A stretch of 64,000 nucleotides of DNA from positions 4,007 through 68,006 of IMG/VR virus record IMGVR_UViG_3300010283_000006. One strand, written 5' to 3'. The first letter of the stretch is position 1. Each line of letters begins with the position of its first letter. Made by a program: the position numbers and the translations under genes. This document shows, piece after piece, positions 38,301 to 47,918 of the stretch. Under the pieces are notes generated by a model, which did no database searches, was not told the origin of the DNA, and saw only the letters and a program-made list of their open reading frames with translations. Origin of the DNA: a virus (Duplodnaviria > Caudoviricetes).

Positions 38301-40263
38301 TAATCAATCTATTATTGAAGATAATACTAAGTCAGAATTAGAACACGAAAAAGCTAATCAAAAGTTAATGACTGCGAAAAAACAGTTAATTGAATTACTA
38401 CCAAAAGAAGCACAAGAAAAGGTTTTAGCTTCTAATTATAGTAAGAAAGCTATTGACAATGAAGCTAAGGCTGTTGCATATTTAGCTAAAGTTGAATATG
38501 AAAAAGCTGTTAAGGGAATTAATCTACAAATTAAGCAGAGTAAGGCTGTAATTGAACAAACAAATGTAAGAATTAAGGCTTATGAAGCTGAAATTAACGC
38601 ATTAGAAGCTAGAAATAATATGTTGCTAGTTGCTGAAAAGGTAGCTAATGATAATGGCGGTTATAGTAGTGGTAACATTATTAGCGGTGAACAGAATTAT
38701 ACTTCCGAAATGCTTAAATCTTTAAAAGATGAATTAGAAAAAGCCAAGCAAGAAAGGGAGAAAAATTTACAAAAATTAAAATCAGCAGAACAACAATTAA
38801 AAGATATTAATAATCCTTCATGGTTTAAAAATTCAATTATTGGTTCTACTGGTGGTGAAGTAGAAGATATAGACGAAGATAAAGGTAAATCTAAATCTAC
38901 TGGTTCTAATGTTAATAATGCCGAACAATTACAACGAAATGTCTTACAAGCTAGACGTAATGAATTGTGGTATGAAGGCAGTATTCAAGCTAAAAAATAT
39001 GAGAACTCTTTAAAAGATATTACTAATGATGAACAGTATTATGGAACTACTGTTGCTAGTATTATTGCTAAATCTAGTTTGTATGGTGAACGTAGTAAAG
39101 AGTTGGAAGATTATAAAGCTAAATTAGAAAAGTTTAGAGCTGACTTAGAAAACGAACTTGAAGCTAAAATGAAAGCTAGTCCACAGTTAGCTCAATTAGC
39201 AAAGTATACTATTGGCTTAAAAGGTGAAGAACTAGAAAAGAATATCGAAGTCAACAAAGAAGTGTATCAACAATCTAAGACTGTATCTAATATTATTAAT
39301 TTAATCAGTGCTGTTAATCAAAAATTAGAAGAAACTAAAACTAAGTCTATTGATATTGCTAATGAACAGCGCAAGATAGCCGATGAAATTAGTAAGCAGA
39401 AGATTAGCGATATTGAACAGCAAGCTAGTATTGATATTGCTAGAATTAATAGACCTACTAACTTCGATTACAGCAAACAGAAAAATCAGATTGAATTAGA
39501 AGCTGAAAGAGCTAAGTTAAAACAGTATGAAGAAGATTTACGAAAAACACAAGATTTGATAAACAATATTAGCGATAAGGACAACGCGAAAGATATAGCC
39601 GATTTATATAAACGTCAACAAACTGAAATTAAAATAGTAGAGGAAACTAAAGCTAAAGTTGCTGAATTAGAAAACGAGAAAACAGCTACTATTCGACAAG
39701 GTTTATATGATGTAACTCAACAGTTCTTAATTCAGGGTAATTCACTAAAAGATATTTGGAATAACTTATGGAAAGATTTAGCTAGAGAAGCATTACAAAG
39801 ATTGTTCCAAATTCAAGCACAAGCTAGTATTTTAGGTAGTTTATTTGGTTGGAGTGGCGGTGGTAAAACTGCTACTGTGACTGCTGGAAATTATAATTTT
39901 GGTAAATCGTTCGGTTATAGTGATTTTAAAATATCTCATACTGGTGAAAACCTTAGTGGCTATCCTAAAATGCACACAGGCGGTATGGTTCAGCAAGGCA
40001 GATTAGGTGTAGTGCCTGAGATTAAATCTGATGAAGTTATCCGTACCTTGCAGGTTGGCGAAGAAGTTAATAGTGTTTCTGACAGACGTAGTAATGAAAT
40101 TCTTGCTACTGTTGCTATGAAAGCTATCGACAGTAGAAATCAACAGCCAAACAATATTAACATTATGGCGATTGACAGTAGGAGTTTTGCAGAATACTTA
40201 AATGATAATGCAGATGTATTATTAGCTGTATTAAACAAACAGGGTGCTTTAGGTAGACGATGA
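35374..40263 (+). CDS. Tape measure protein
   Basis: 1629 aa, mostly helical; TP901-type core (EAGRLWGR, DLAKANERS) and hydrophobic mid-segment. Confidence 0.93.
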   Translation: MSVTVDNVAKISLTLDTANIFKQIENIQEKLNKLSVKNIKASRGEQVFDGMVKGAKKAKEEAKTLQQAVREAENAYSKAYYKNSTNMLWQQSEEAKKLVENIRIAKTALIDFNNVRKAIDESITGKQAGKVQDKDYQRQQREALEQAKQNKRELEKLAKQEAQEKQRVERKKAKELARIQKEQVRQAKELAQQEVKINKEKQKELKRLAKQQDKLDSRSITQQIRDLKKEMSVNYAKNPNYLNSFELELDINKLQRLISLENEYQKRVSNRPKKLNDLSDAFTYQEEISRRRKDIQNKMRTISNYYGSDEYKTDIANVQKLQTEYDKLKADLKGVVEKKQEVNKTKIKSDDVDNYSKRIKQLKNDLEKKSLNNKDYIDSEDYKKKIAEIKELQTAYDKLRTDIKGVTKQASGFKNYQTEMDKIAKEAAKVFHKLNSNDIQTGEYAKLQKKLHELSTEYQRLNKESVKFRKAIGISSSRGFYDLNSTYDYFLAKFRSKVTAGIAGTVENYAMNAIPNFVEAMSNYQQNRVNFAQVLPDDLANNQKIMNDAMRDFTKIASDYGASVQEVTEAGRLWGRQYKDISIIQELVRNSTKLSITDNMSLIEVNKGLEATMQQYNVHLKDANEAQQASGKIVDTWAKLADNAVVTASDLAKANERSAGAAYNAGIGFDYLNAMIATMSSATGKAGGEIGNSIRSMIVSMQTGKAQKYLKEMNIATKELGEDGTLKMRSYEKVITEVMQKIKNSPKDYSDAINAFSGGKFQYNNVMALLKNYDNMQKNLQTSKTSAGWADEQVGLQYETISRQLKALNADFQQLIITLDKAGASSVIGDFISILRTITQLFASLNPAIIETVGSMVKLIAITKGMVTFLPYIKMLFLGFTECFAVMRSGTTIINAVATNTIKLGNAFKMLSMATGYIGIAIVALTTLYGLYDSYSQKQKELADLESVVTNKTEQNIVAYQSKAKQISELNDIIQNNQSIIEDNTKSELEHEKANQKLMTAKKQLIELLPKEAQEKVLASNYSKKAIDNEAKAVAYLAKVEYEKAVKGINLQIKQSKAVIEQTNVRIKAYEAEINALEARNNMLLVAEKVANDNGGYSSGNIISGEQNYTSEMLKSLKDELEKAKQEREKNLQKLKSAEQQLKDINNPSWFKNSIIGSTGGEVEDIDEDKGKSKSTGSNVNNAEQLQRNVLQARRNELWYEGSIQAKKYENSLKDITNDEQYYGTTVASIIAKSSLYGERSKELEDYKAKLEKFRADLENELEAKMKASPQLAQLAKYTIGLKGEELEKNIEVNKEVYQQSKTVSNIINLISAVNQKLEETKTKSIDIANEQRKIADEISKQKISDIEQQASIDIARINRPTNFDYSKQKNQIELEAERAKLKQYEEDLRKTQDLINNISDKDNAKDIADLYKRQQTEIKIVEETKAKVAELENEKTATIRQGLYDVTQQFLIQGNSLKDIWNNLWKDLAREALQRLFQIQAQASILGSLFGWSGGGKTATVTAGNYNFGKSFGYSDFKISHTGENLSGYPKMHTGGMVQQGRLGVVPEIKSDEVIRTLQVGEEVNSVSDRRSNEILATVAMKAIDSRNQQPNNINIMAIDSRSFAEYLNDNADVLLAVLNKQGALGRR

Positions 40264-40282
40264 TATATGGCTATGATATAAT
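40254..40282 (+). promoter_or_regulatory. Extended -10 promoter of the inserted secreted-protein gene
   Basis: TAGACG-17-TATAAT with TG at -15/-14. Confidence 0.55.
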
Positions 40283-40303
40283 TAGAGTAAGAGGTGATTT
40301 ATA

Positions 40304-40837
40304 ATGAAGAAATTTATCCTTACTCTAATTTGTCTATTTTGTTTTAGTTTAAACTGTTTTGCTGGCGAACAAGAAGCGGTAGCTAGTTTTAAAGCTATGA
40401 CTAATAATATTGTTTCAGAAATACAAGAGAGCTATAATCATGGTGCTAAAGTAGAATATATGAAATATAAACCTAAATTTAATATTGGTGATTATTGGTA
40501 CAAGTATCAAATGACGAATTTAAAAGTAGAATTAGACGTTCAAAAAACTGATTCTTTAATTAGCCCGTATAAAGGTATATTAGAGTTGCAAGCAGATAAA
40601 ATTTGGTATATTTCTAAAGATAATTCTGTTGGACACTTTGCTACAATGGAAGAAGCAAAAAATGCCAATTTTTCAAAGTATAATCCTGCTTATAATGTTT
40701 ACAGATTTACTTATATGTATCAGGGTGATAATTGGGTTTTAAAAGATGTGAGCTTTAGATTTTTAGATGAATATGTATGGAAACAAAATGATTTAAAATC
40801 GCCACAAGAATATTTTTGCATGGAAAAAGATAACTAA
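40304..40837 (+). CDS. Secreted/periplasmic protein (moron; superinfection-exclusion candidate)
   Basis: Signal peptide MKKFILTLICLFCFSLNCFA; own promoter and terminator inside the tail operon. Confidence 0.6.
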   Translation: MKKFILTLICLFCFSLNCFAGEQEAVASFKAMTNNIVSEIQESYNHGAKVEYMKYKPKFNIGDYWYKYQMTNLKVELDVQKTDSLISPYKGILELQADKIWYISKDNSVGHFATMEEAKNANFSKYNPAYNVYRFTYMYQGDNWVLKDVSFRFLDEYVWKQNDLKSPQEYFCMEKDN

Positions 40838-40843
40838 ACAACT

Positions 40844-40870
40844 AACCAGTCTATTCGTAGACTGGTTTTT
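40844..40870 (+). terminator. Intrinsic terminator (UUCG loop)
   Basis: AACCAGTCTA-TTCG-TAGACTGGTT plus T-run. Confidence 0.85.
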
Positions 40871-40884
40871 TAATTGGAGAAAAT

Positions 40885-41286
40885 ATGAAAAAACAAGATT
40901 TAACTAGATTTGTAGGTTTGCCATATAAATTTCTAGGAACAGACTTTACTGGCGTAGACTGTATTGGTTTATGCCAGTTATTTTTTAATGAACATGGTTA
41001 TCCTATTGAAATCAGGGATGGTAGACCGATTAAAAAAGATTGGTATTTAACAGAGCCATACAGACTAGCTAGATGGTTAGTCAAAAATTTTAACAAGATA
41101 GAGAAAATGGAAGATATGCAATATGGTGATATTGTATTATTTGAGATTAATGGAGAAAGTCATACAGGTATATACATTGATAATGGAAAAGTGCTGACTA
41201 TATTAGAAGTTTTCAAAAATTCTATGATTATGCACTTAAAAAAGAGAAATATATTTTATCAATGTGGTTTTCGATTAAGGGAGTGA
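40885..41286 (+). CDS. NlpC/P60-like tail assembly protein (lambda gpK-like)
   Basis: VGLPY...GVDCIGL...GDIVLF...HTGIYI. Confidence 0.8.
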   Translation: MKKQDLTRFVGLPYKFLGTDFTGVDCIGLCQLFFNEHGYPIEIRDGRPIKKDWYLTEPYRLARWLVKNFNKIEKMEDMQYGDIVLFEINGESHTGIYIDNGKVLTILEVFKNSMIMHLKKRNIFYQCGFRLRE

Positions 41287-41290
41287 TAGT

Positions 41291-41653
41291 TTGAGAGTAT
41301 TTAACTTTAATGCTTATGGAGATGTTAAACGAACTATCAGATATTTAGATAGAACTATTGACTTTGAAACTGGTACATTTCAAGTTCAGCGTATTGGCGT
41401 AAAACCTATTGTTACTTTTGAAGGTACTTATCAAGGTTCAGCTAAGAAAATGAAAGAGATAGAAGATTTTTATAATCAACATCGTAAGTCTGAAAGATTT
41501 TTATTGCTTTATGATGGTATATATTATACTTGTCAATTTACTTCTGATTTTTCTTGTACAGATAGTTTTGGTTATACAAGAGGTGAAGTAGGTAATGTTA
41601 GAGTAATTGTTAAAAAACAGGTTACTTTGACTATGAGGGTAGTTAATATATGA
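41291..41653 (+). CDS. Distal tail protein (lambda gpM-like)
   Basis: Position and size; IEDFYNQH...F motif. Confidence 0.6.
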   Translation: MRVFNFNAYGDVKRTIRYLDRTIDFETGTFQVQRIGVKPIVTFEGTYQGSAKKMKEIEDFYNQHRKSERFLLLYDGIYYTCQFTSDFSCTDSFGYTRGEVGNVRVIVKKQVTLTMRVVNI

Positions 41654-42462
41654 AGATTTTACCTGTTAGTATGGAAAAGGCTAAAGAAAGTAATAATCCA
41701 TTTTTTATCGAGTTGTATCGTATTTATCTAAAGACAGGTATAATTCGTATTTGTAATTGTGATGTAGTTATTACGTTTGCTGGTGAAACTTATCATCCAG
41801 TACCTATTGAACGTGGTAGTATTAAAACTACTGTTGATGCAAAGATTGATAATATGGATTTAAAAATTGCTGATGCTGATAATGAAAAAATATCTGCCTT
41901 AATGCAAGGTTTTGATTTTCGTGGTAGAAAAGTAGAGATTATTCGTATTCAATATCCTGATAGCTTATGGGATGAAAGTTTAGTAATACCTATCTTTTGG
42001 GGTTATCTAGATGCTCCGTCTTACAATAATGGTGAGTTTTCTGTTACTGTAAAAGCTAGTTTTCCTAAAGGTAATGTTCCCTTTAGAACTACTCAATACA
42101 TTTGTTGTAATACATTTGGTGATTTAAATTGTCAGATGGATAAAGTTAGAAAAGAATTTGAGATAGAAACAGCTAGTAGTACACCATTAAAAATAAAGCT
42201 AAAAGGCAATATTGAGAATGATTTTTACAAAAATGGTTTGATTACTATTGGCTATGAAACTAAGTTAATTAAAACTTGCTACACAGAAGGTGCTAATTAT
42301 TTTTATGTAGAACCATATTATCAGTTCAATGTAGATTTGACTGGTAAAGCGGTATTAACTCGTAATTGTGATAAAACACCTGAAATGTGTGCAAAGTATA
42401 ATAACAGAAAACATTATGGTGGATTTGTAGCAATTCCTAAAGAATTTAGATTAGGAACATAA
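41650..42462 (+). CDS. Minor tail/hub protein (lambda gpL-like, Fe-S Cys motif)
   Basis: ICCN...NC and CDKTPEMCAKYNNRKHYGGF C-terminus. Confidence 0.75.
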   Translation: MKILPVSMEKAKESNNPFFIELYRIYLKTGIIRICNCDVVITFAGETYHPVPIERGSIKTTVDAKIDNMDLKIADADNEKISALMQGFDFRGRKVEIIRIQYPDSLWDESLVIPIFWGYLDAPSYNNGEFSVTVKASFPKGNVPFRTTQYICCNTFGDLNCQMDKVRKEFEIETASSTPLKIKLKGNIENDFYKNGLITIGYETKLIKTCYTEGANYFYVEPYYQFNVDLTGKAVLTRNCDKTPEMCAKYNNRKHYGGFVAIPKEFRLGT

Positions 42463-42487
42463 TACAGTATAGAAAGAAGGTGAGAGT

Positions 42488-45400
42488 TTGGGCAAAGGTG
42501 GTAAAAGTAAAGGTAAAATAGCATTTACATTAATCGGTGCTGTTGCTGGCGGTTTTCTTGCTACTGGCGGTTGGTTTGCTGGTATGGGTATGGGTGCTAG
42601 TTTTGGCGTAGGTGCTATGTATGGTGCTTCTTTAGCTAGTACATTATGGTCGGTGACACAAAAACCAAATAATTTAGGTAATCTTGATAGCGATTATTCA
42701 CAAGATGATTACTCTAGATTTAATACTGTTACTAATGATGTAAACCAAAATGCTTGTATTCCTGTTATTTATGGCACTCGTAAATATGGCGGTTTGCAAA
42801 CATGGCATAATCCTTATAATGGCAGTAGATATTTACAGAAAGATGTAGTTGTGTGTGAAGCTGGCGTAGATGGAATTTACAATGTAATGGCTAACGAAGA
42901 ACTAATTCGTGACGATACAAATATTTCTATTTATAACATTCAACACAAAGACGCTACTGTAAAAAGAAGTGGTAATACACTGATTTTATCTGCTGGTGGA
43001 AAAACACAAGAATACGCTTTAGGTAGTACAAACGATTATAATGCTCAAACTTCTCTTTTAAGTACAGTAATAGATAAAATCAAGAGTGAAGCTGGTAATG
43101 GTTGGAAGATAGATGGTGCTGTTGATGATAGAACATCTAAAGGTATTTCAGCTAATAGTATGCAGTTCAATAGCTCTACACCTGTTAATTGTTATTGTCC
43201 TGCTGATAATCCCTCTCGTAATAATATGGTAGTTCTTGATGTTCGTGGTTATAAGATTGGTACGTACAAAGTTCATCAAAATGAAGTTCCTGATAATTAT
43301 ATGGATGTTGGTGGTTATCCTAATTTAGCATGGATTAGAACAGATTTGGTTGCTAGTAGTAGATTGAGCGGTAGCAATCCTACAATTAATTCTGTCATTC
43401 GTGGTATGAGAGTAAAAGTTTTTCGTAATGGTAGTTGGTTTACAGAATACAGTGAAAATCCAGCATGGATAATTCGAGATTTTCTAACTTCTGAAAGATA
43501 TGGAACAGGTGCATATATTACCGAAGATATGCTAGATGATGATAGCTTTAAAGAAGTTGCTAGTTATTGTGACGAAGAAATAGAGTATGTAGACGAAAAT
43601 GGTAATAAACAAAAAACTGCTAGATATAAGCTAAATATTATTCTTGATAGTCAGAAAGCTCCTATTGAACATTTATCAAGTATGTTAGCTGTATTTGGTG
43701 GTTTTATTACTTTTGGCAGTCAGATAGCTTTAAAGATAGAGAAAGCAGAAGTTCCAGTTTACGCTTTTGACGATAGCACTATTGTAAAAGACAGTGTTTC
43801 GATTGGACAGACTTCTCTTGATGATACTCCTAATCGTTATAAAATTGGCTATTTCGACCCATCGCAATTATGGACAGAAGTAAAAGTGGTTGTTGAAGAT
43901 TTAGAAATGCAAGAAGAGCAAGAAGGTAAGATTACAGAAAAAACAGTTACTCTTGCTGGTTGTACTTCTCAAAATCAAGCTCTGCGTATTGGCAGATTAT
44001 ATCGTGATTTAAACAAAGTATGTTCTTTGACTATCAGCTTTAGTGTAGCTACACAAGGTATGATGTTGGAATGTGGTGATGTAGTTACAGTTACTTATGG
44101 TGGTATTTTTACTAAAATGCCATTTAGAATTACACAGATTGAAGAAACAAATACAGGTATTTATCAATTAACTTGTAGACAATATAATGCAAGTATTTAT
44201 AACGATAGCTTAGGAGCGCAGGTTGTTAATCCTAGTTATATTAACAACAATTCTAGCTATACTAAAATTCCACCTGTTGTCAGCGGATTAAAGTTAAAAG
44301 AAAATACAGTGACTAATGCAAACGGCACATTACAGATTGGTTTTGATGCAACATGGGATGAATTGTATTATGAGTATTTCGACCACTACGAAGTCAGCTA
44401 TTCTACTGATGGCTATAAATATATTGTAGGTACTAATACATTTGATAATACTGCATATGTAACGAATCTTATTAAAGGCAAATATTATGTGAGTGTACAG
44501 ATAGTTACCAAAGATGGTATCAAAGGTAGTCCTTGTATCGGTGAAATTGAATTAAGTGGCGTAGATGAACCACCTGATAATGTTTCTATGTTAGATACGG
44601 ATATTCTTGATGATGGTACAAGACGTTTTTGGTGGAGCTATAAATACCCTGAACCGAACGATATTGTTGGTTTTAAATTAAAATACACACAAGGTAATAA
44701 TCCTGATTGGAATAATGCCTACGAACTTCATACAGGCGTAATCACTATGCAACCTTTTGAAACGAAAGCTTTAAGACAGGGCGTACATACAGTAATGATT
44801 AAAGCTGTTGATAATGCTGGTAATGAAAGTAAAAATCCTGCTTATGCTGTTTTGAATTTAGGTGAGCCTTTACAGAATAATGTATTATGGAGTGTTGATT
44901 TATCAGCTAACGATTGGAGTTCTGTTAGCCATAATGGTATTAAAGAAAATGGAGTTATTAAAGCTCATACTAAGGATGATGTATTGGAAATCAATGCTCA
45001 ATTACAGCCTATGGCTTATGGTAATTTTTGGATTGAATACGAAATTGCTGGTAGTGCTACTGTTCAATATTGTGTCGGCTCAAATACAAACGCATGGCAA
45101 ACTGTTGATAGTGTAGCATGGGATAATCCTAATTCTCAGCAATGGAAGTTTAAAGGTTTATACAAGCCTTATACTGGTAAAGTTTTAATTAGTAGTACAG
45201 ATACAACGTATATCAAGATTATAGCAAAGAGTAATACAGATGTTATTCCTGCTGTATCTAAGTTAAAGGTATATATTGATGTTCCTGATAGACAAGAGAA
45301 CTTTGAAAATTTATCTATTCCTGTTACTGGACTAACATTACCAATCCAAACTCCATATTATTATACTACTGCTGTTAATGTCAGTGCTGTTCAGACAAAT

Positions 45401-45553
45401 ATTAAAGGTGAGTATGAGTTAGAGATTATGAATAAAACTCCTTGTAAGATTAGATTTAATAGACTTATTAAGGGAGCTACAATTAAACGTGAGCCTGTTG
45501 CTGTTGTTGCTGATATTATATGGCAAGGTTTCCAAAGAGAGGTGCTTACATAA
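42488..45553 (+). CDS. Tail tip/host-specificity protein (lambda gpJ-like, with FnIII domains)
   Basis: IPVIYG, YSENPAWIIRDFLTSERYG, GDVVTV and FnIII-like repeats. Confidence 0.88.
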   Translation: MGKGGKSKGKIAFTLIGAVAGGFLATGGWFAGMGMGASFGVGAMYGASLASTLWSVTQKPNNLGNLDSDYSQDDYSRFNTVTNDVNQNACIPVIYGTRKYGGLQTWHNPYNGSRYLQKDVVVCEAGVDGIYNVMANEELIRDDTNISIYNIQHKDATVKRSGNTLILSAGGKTQEYALGSTNDYNAQTSLLSTVIDKIKSEAGNGWKIDGAVDDRTSKGISANSMQFNSSTPVNCYCPADNPSRNNMVVLDVRGYKIGTYKVHQNEVPDNYMDVGGYPNLAWIRTDLVASSRLSGSNPTINSVIRGMRVKVFRNGSWFTEYSENPAWIIRDFLTSERYGTGAYITEDMLDDDSFKEVASYCDEEIEYVDENGNKQKTARYKLNIILDSQKAPIEHLSSMLAVFGGFITFGSQIALKIEKAEVPVYAFDDSTIVKDSVSIGQTSLDDTPNRYKIGYFDPSQLWTEVKVVVEDLEMQEEQEGKITEKTVTLAGCTSQNQALRIGRLYRDLNKVCSLTISFSVATQGMMLECGDVVTVTYGGIFTKMPFRITQIEETNTGIYQLTCRQYNASIYNDSLGAQVVNPSYINNNSSYTKIPPVVSGLKLKENTVTNANGTLQIGFDATWDELYYEYFDHYEVSYSTDGYKYIVGTNTFDNTAYVTNLIKGKYYVSVQIVTKDGIKGSPCIGEIELSGVDEPPDNVSMLDTDILDDGTRRFWWSYKYPEPNDIVGFKLKYTQGNNPDWNNAYELHTGVITMQPFETKALRQGVHTVMIKAVDNAGNESKNPAYAVLNLGEPLQNNVLWSVDLSANDWSSVSHNGIKENGVIKAHTKDDVLEINAQLQPMAYGNFWIEYEIAGSATVQYCVGSNTNAWQTVDSVAWDNPNSQQWKFKGLYKPYTGKVLISSTDTTYIKIIAKSNTDVIPAVSKLKVYIDVPDRQENFENLSIPVTGLTLPIQTPYYYTTAVNVSAVQTNIKGEYELEIMNKTPCKIRFNRLIKGATIKREPVAVVADIIWQGFQREVLT

Positions 45554-45554
45554 A

Positions 45555-45731
45555 ATGGTATGTAATGATGATGGTACATTAACTCTAAGATGCGACACGT
45601 TAGATAATTGGAGTAATGTTAATCCTATTTTAGAATATGGTGAATTAGTTATAGTAACAGAGAATGACAGTGTAAAATTAAAAGCTGGAAATGGTAAAAC
45701 TAGATTTAATGATTTGCCATATGTAACGTGA
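45555..45731 (+). CDS. Short Mtd/hyaluronidase N-terminal-like tail protein
   Basis: W..VNPIL..GEL......KLKAGNG.TRFNDLPY motif. Confidence 0.7.
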   Translation: MVCNDDGTLTLRCDTLDNWSNVNPILEYGELVIVTENDSVKLKAGNGKTRFNDLPYVT

Positions 45732-45740
45732 GGTGATTAT

Positions 45741-46067
45741 ATGCTACAAGTAAAAGGTAATGATTTATATATCTCGTATGGAGATACACTAGATGTTATC
45801 TTTAGGGTAGTTGGTTTTGAGGTAGAACTTACAGACAAAATTCGATTTACTGTTAAAGATGAAGTATATGATAAAGAGCCTTTGATAGAAAAGGAATTTA
45901 CTAATATTGAAGGCACTGATATTAATATTGTTTTGTCTAGTGAAGAAATGAAAAAGATTAAAGTTGGCACTAACTACTATGATTTACTTTGTATAAAGGA
46001 AGATAACAAAGTTACTTTAAATTTTCCAGCTAAGTTAGTAGTAGAGAGAGTTGTTCATAATGGATAA
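45741..46067 (+). CDS. BppU-like baseplate/fibre anchor domain protein
   Basis: LYISYGDT...IRFTVK...YYDL pattern. Confidence 0.55.
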   Translation: MLQVKGNDLYISYGDTLDVIFRVVGFEVELTDKIRFTVKDEVYDKEPLIEKEFTNIEGTDINIVLSSEEMKKIKVGTNYYDLLCIKEDNKVTLNFPAKLVVERVVHNG

Positions 46068-46416
46068 GATAGTTATATTAAATAATGAAAAGAAAGCTGT
46101 TGTTACTTTAAATCAGAATAAATATGGAAATCCTAATACTACATCACCTGATAATTTTGTTTCTTTAACTAAGAAAGCACAAGAAGCCGCTGAAATTGCA
46201 AGAAAATCAGCAGATAAAGTTTTAAACGTGGTTAATAATTTACAAGTTGGTAATGTAGTAAATTCTGTAAAAGAAGAAAATGGTAATGTTATAGTTACTA
46301 AAGTAAATGGCGATACAAATAGCTTTAAAGTAGTAAAGACAGTTAATGGTGTAGCTTCTGATGATTTAGGCAATATTGAATTACCTAATCAGATTATAGT
46401 AAAGTTCTTAGATTGA
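46060..46416 (+). CDS. Tail fibre-related protein
   Basis: VKTVNGVASDDLGNIEL repeat motif also seen in 47919-48725. Confidence 0.5.
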   Translation: MDKIVILNNEKKAVVTLNQNKYGNPNTTSPDNFVSLTKKAQEAAEIARKSADKVLNVVNNLQVGNVVNSVKEENGNVIVTKVNGDTNSFKVVKTVNGVASDDLGNIELPNQIIVKFLD

Positions 46417-46435
46417 GAAAGCGAGCGTGATATGA

Positions 46436-47494
46436 ATGGCAAGTAAAAATGTATTACTTCAAATGAAAATCGAAGATGTTTTAACAGATATTTTAGTACA
46501 GACTGGCTCTGATAATGTAATCGTAGATACAACAACAAATAAAACTCTGACAACTTATCTTTCTGAAATTGTAGCAAAGATTAATAATGTTCAGGGTTCA
46601 GCTACTAACGAAACACAAATTAAGGGTTGGATTAGTGAAGCTATTAGTAGTTTGATTGATGGTGCTCCTGAAACATACGATACTTTAAAAGAGATTGCTG
46701 ATTATATTTCCAATAACCAATCTGCTGTTGAAGCATTAAATAGTGCTATTGGAACTAAAGTAGATAAGGAAGAAGGTAAAGGTTTATCTGCAAATGATTT
46801 TACAGATGTTTTAAAAAATAAATTAGATGGCATTACTGCAAATGCTAATAAAACAGAGAAATCCGCTACTAATGGTAATATCAAGATTGATGGCAAAGAA
46901 GTTAATGTTTATACACATCCTAATACTGCTGGCAGTAAGCATATTCCTCTAGGTGGTTCTTTAGGACAAGTTTTACAAAACAATGGTAATGGTAGTGTTG
47001 GCTGGGCAGACAGTCAAATACGTGAAATATGTAGTAATGAGTTGGTACTTAGTGCCTTTCCTGCTGATTTTAGTAAATATCTGCAAACAGTAAAAGTAAC
47101 ATCTAGTATTACCAAAGATACTCCTATATATACTTATGATACTATGTGGTTGCCTTCAGCAACAGAAATGTACATAGATACAACGAAAATAATGCCATAT
47201 GGTTTTACGCAAATAGCTGAAGGTAATGATAATGAAAAATATTGGAAAGATGTAATGAAAGTATCAAGTAAATTTGATATAAATTATTCGACTAACGAAA
47301 AATTACAATCTGCTGATGTTGCTTATCCATATTGGTTACGTTCTAGTGCTTTTAGTGTAGCACCAAAAGCACCTAACGATTATACTTACACGTATAAGTA
47401 TAATATTTATTATGTAGATGCAAATGGACATATACAAGTTGCTAAAGGTAACGAAAAAAAAGCTAGTGTTAGATTAATGTGTTTCTTTGCTTAG
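46436..47494 (+). CDS. Tail fibre/receptor-binding protein with DUF6273-like C-terminus
   Basis: GAPETYDTLKEIA and KVDKEEGKGLSANDFT fibre motifs; WLPSATEM...YWLRSS C-terminal domain. Confidence 0.65.
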   Translation: MASKNVLLQMKIEDVLTDILVQTGSDNVIVDTTTNKTLTTYLSEIVAKINNVQGSATNETQIKGWISEAISSLIDGAPETYDTLKEIADYISNNQSAVEALNSAIGTKVDKEEGKGLSANDFTDVLKNKLDGITANANKTEKSATNGNIKIDGKEVNVYTHPNTAGSKHIPLGGSLGQVLQNNGNGSVGWADSQIREICSNELVLSAFPADFSKYLQTVKVTSSITKDTPIYTYDTMWLPSATEMYIDTTKIMPYGFTQIAEGNDNEKYWKDVMKVSSKFDINYSTNEKLQSADVAYPYWLRSSAFSVAPKAPNDYTYTYKYNIYYVDANGHIQVAKGNEKKASVRLMCFFA

Positions 47495-47506
47495 AGGTGA
47501 TTATAA

Positions 47507-47893
47507 ATGAATATAGCTAATATTAAACTTCCTGAAGAATGGCAGTTGGACTTATATAAAAAAGAAAAAATCTCTAAGCTAAAAAGTGACAGAGATAATA
47601 AAGAAGTAGAACCGATAAAATACAATGGTTTTTTATATGATTATGATAGTAAAGCTAGAGAAAGAATAAATGCAGCTATCATTGCTTTAGATGATATGGG
47701 TGCTGGTTCTAGAATAAATTGGACAACTTATAATAACTATGATGTATTAGTTACAGCTAATGATTTACGTAAAATTATTGCAAATGTAGCTATTAGAAGT
47801 AATAAATTACACACAGTTTATAGGCTTGCTAAAGAGAAAGTAGAACAGGCTACAACTAAAGAAGAAGTAGATAAAATTACATTAGAGCTTTAA
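47507..47893 (+). CDS. DUF4376-like fibre-associated protein, copy 1
   Basis: YDYDSKARERI...INWTTYNN...T.NDL. Confidence 0.7.
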   Translation: MNIANIKLPEEWQLDLYKKEKISKLKSDRDNKEVEPIKYNGFLYDYDSKARERINAAIIALDDMGAGSRINWTTYNNYDVLVTANDLRKIIANVAIRSNKLHTVYRLAKEKVEQATTKEEVDKITLEL

Positions 47894-47918
47894 TATATTT
47901 TGAAAGGAGAGTGGTATA

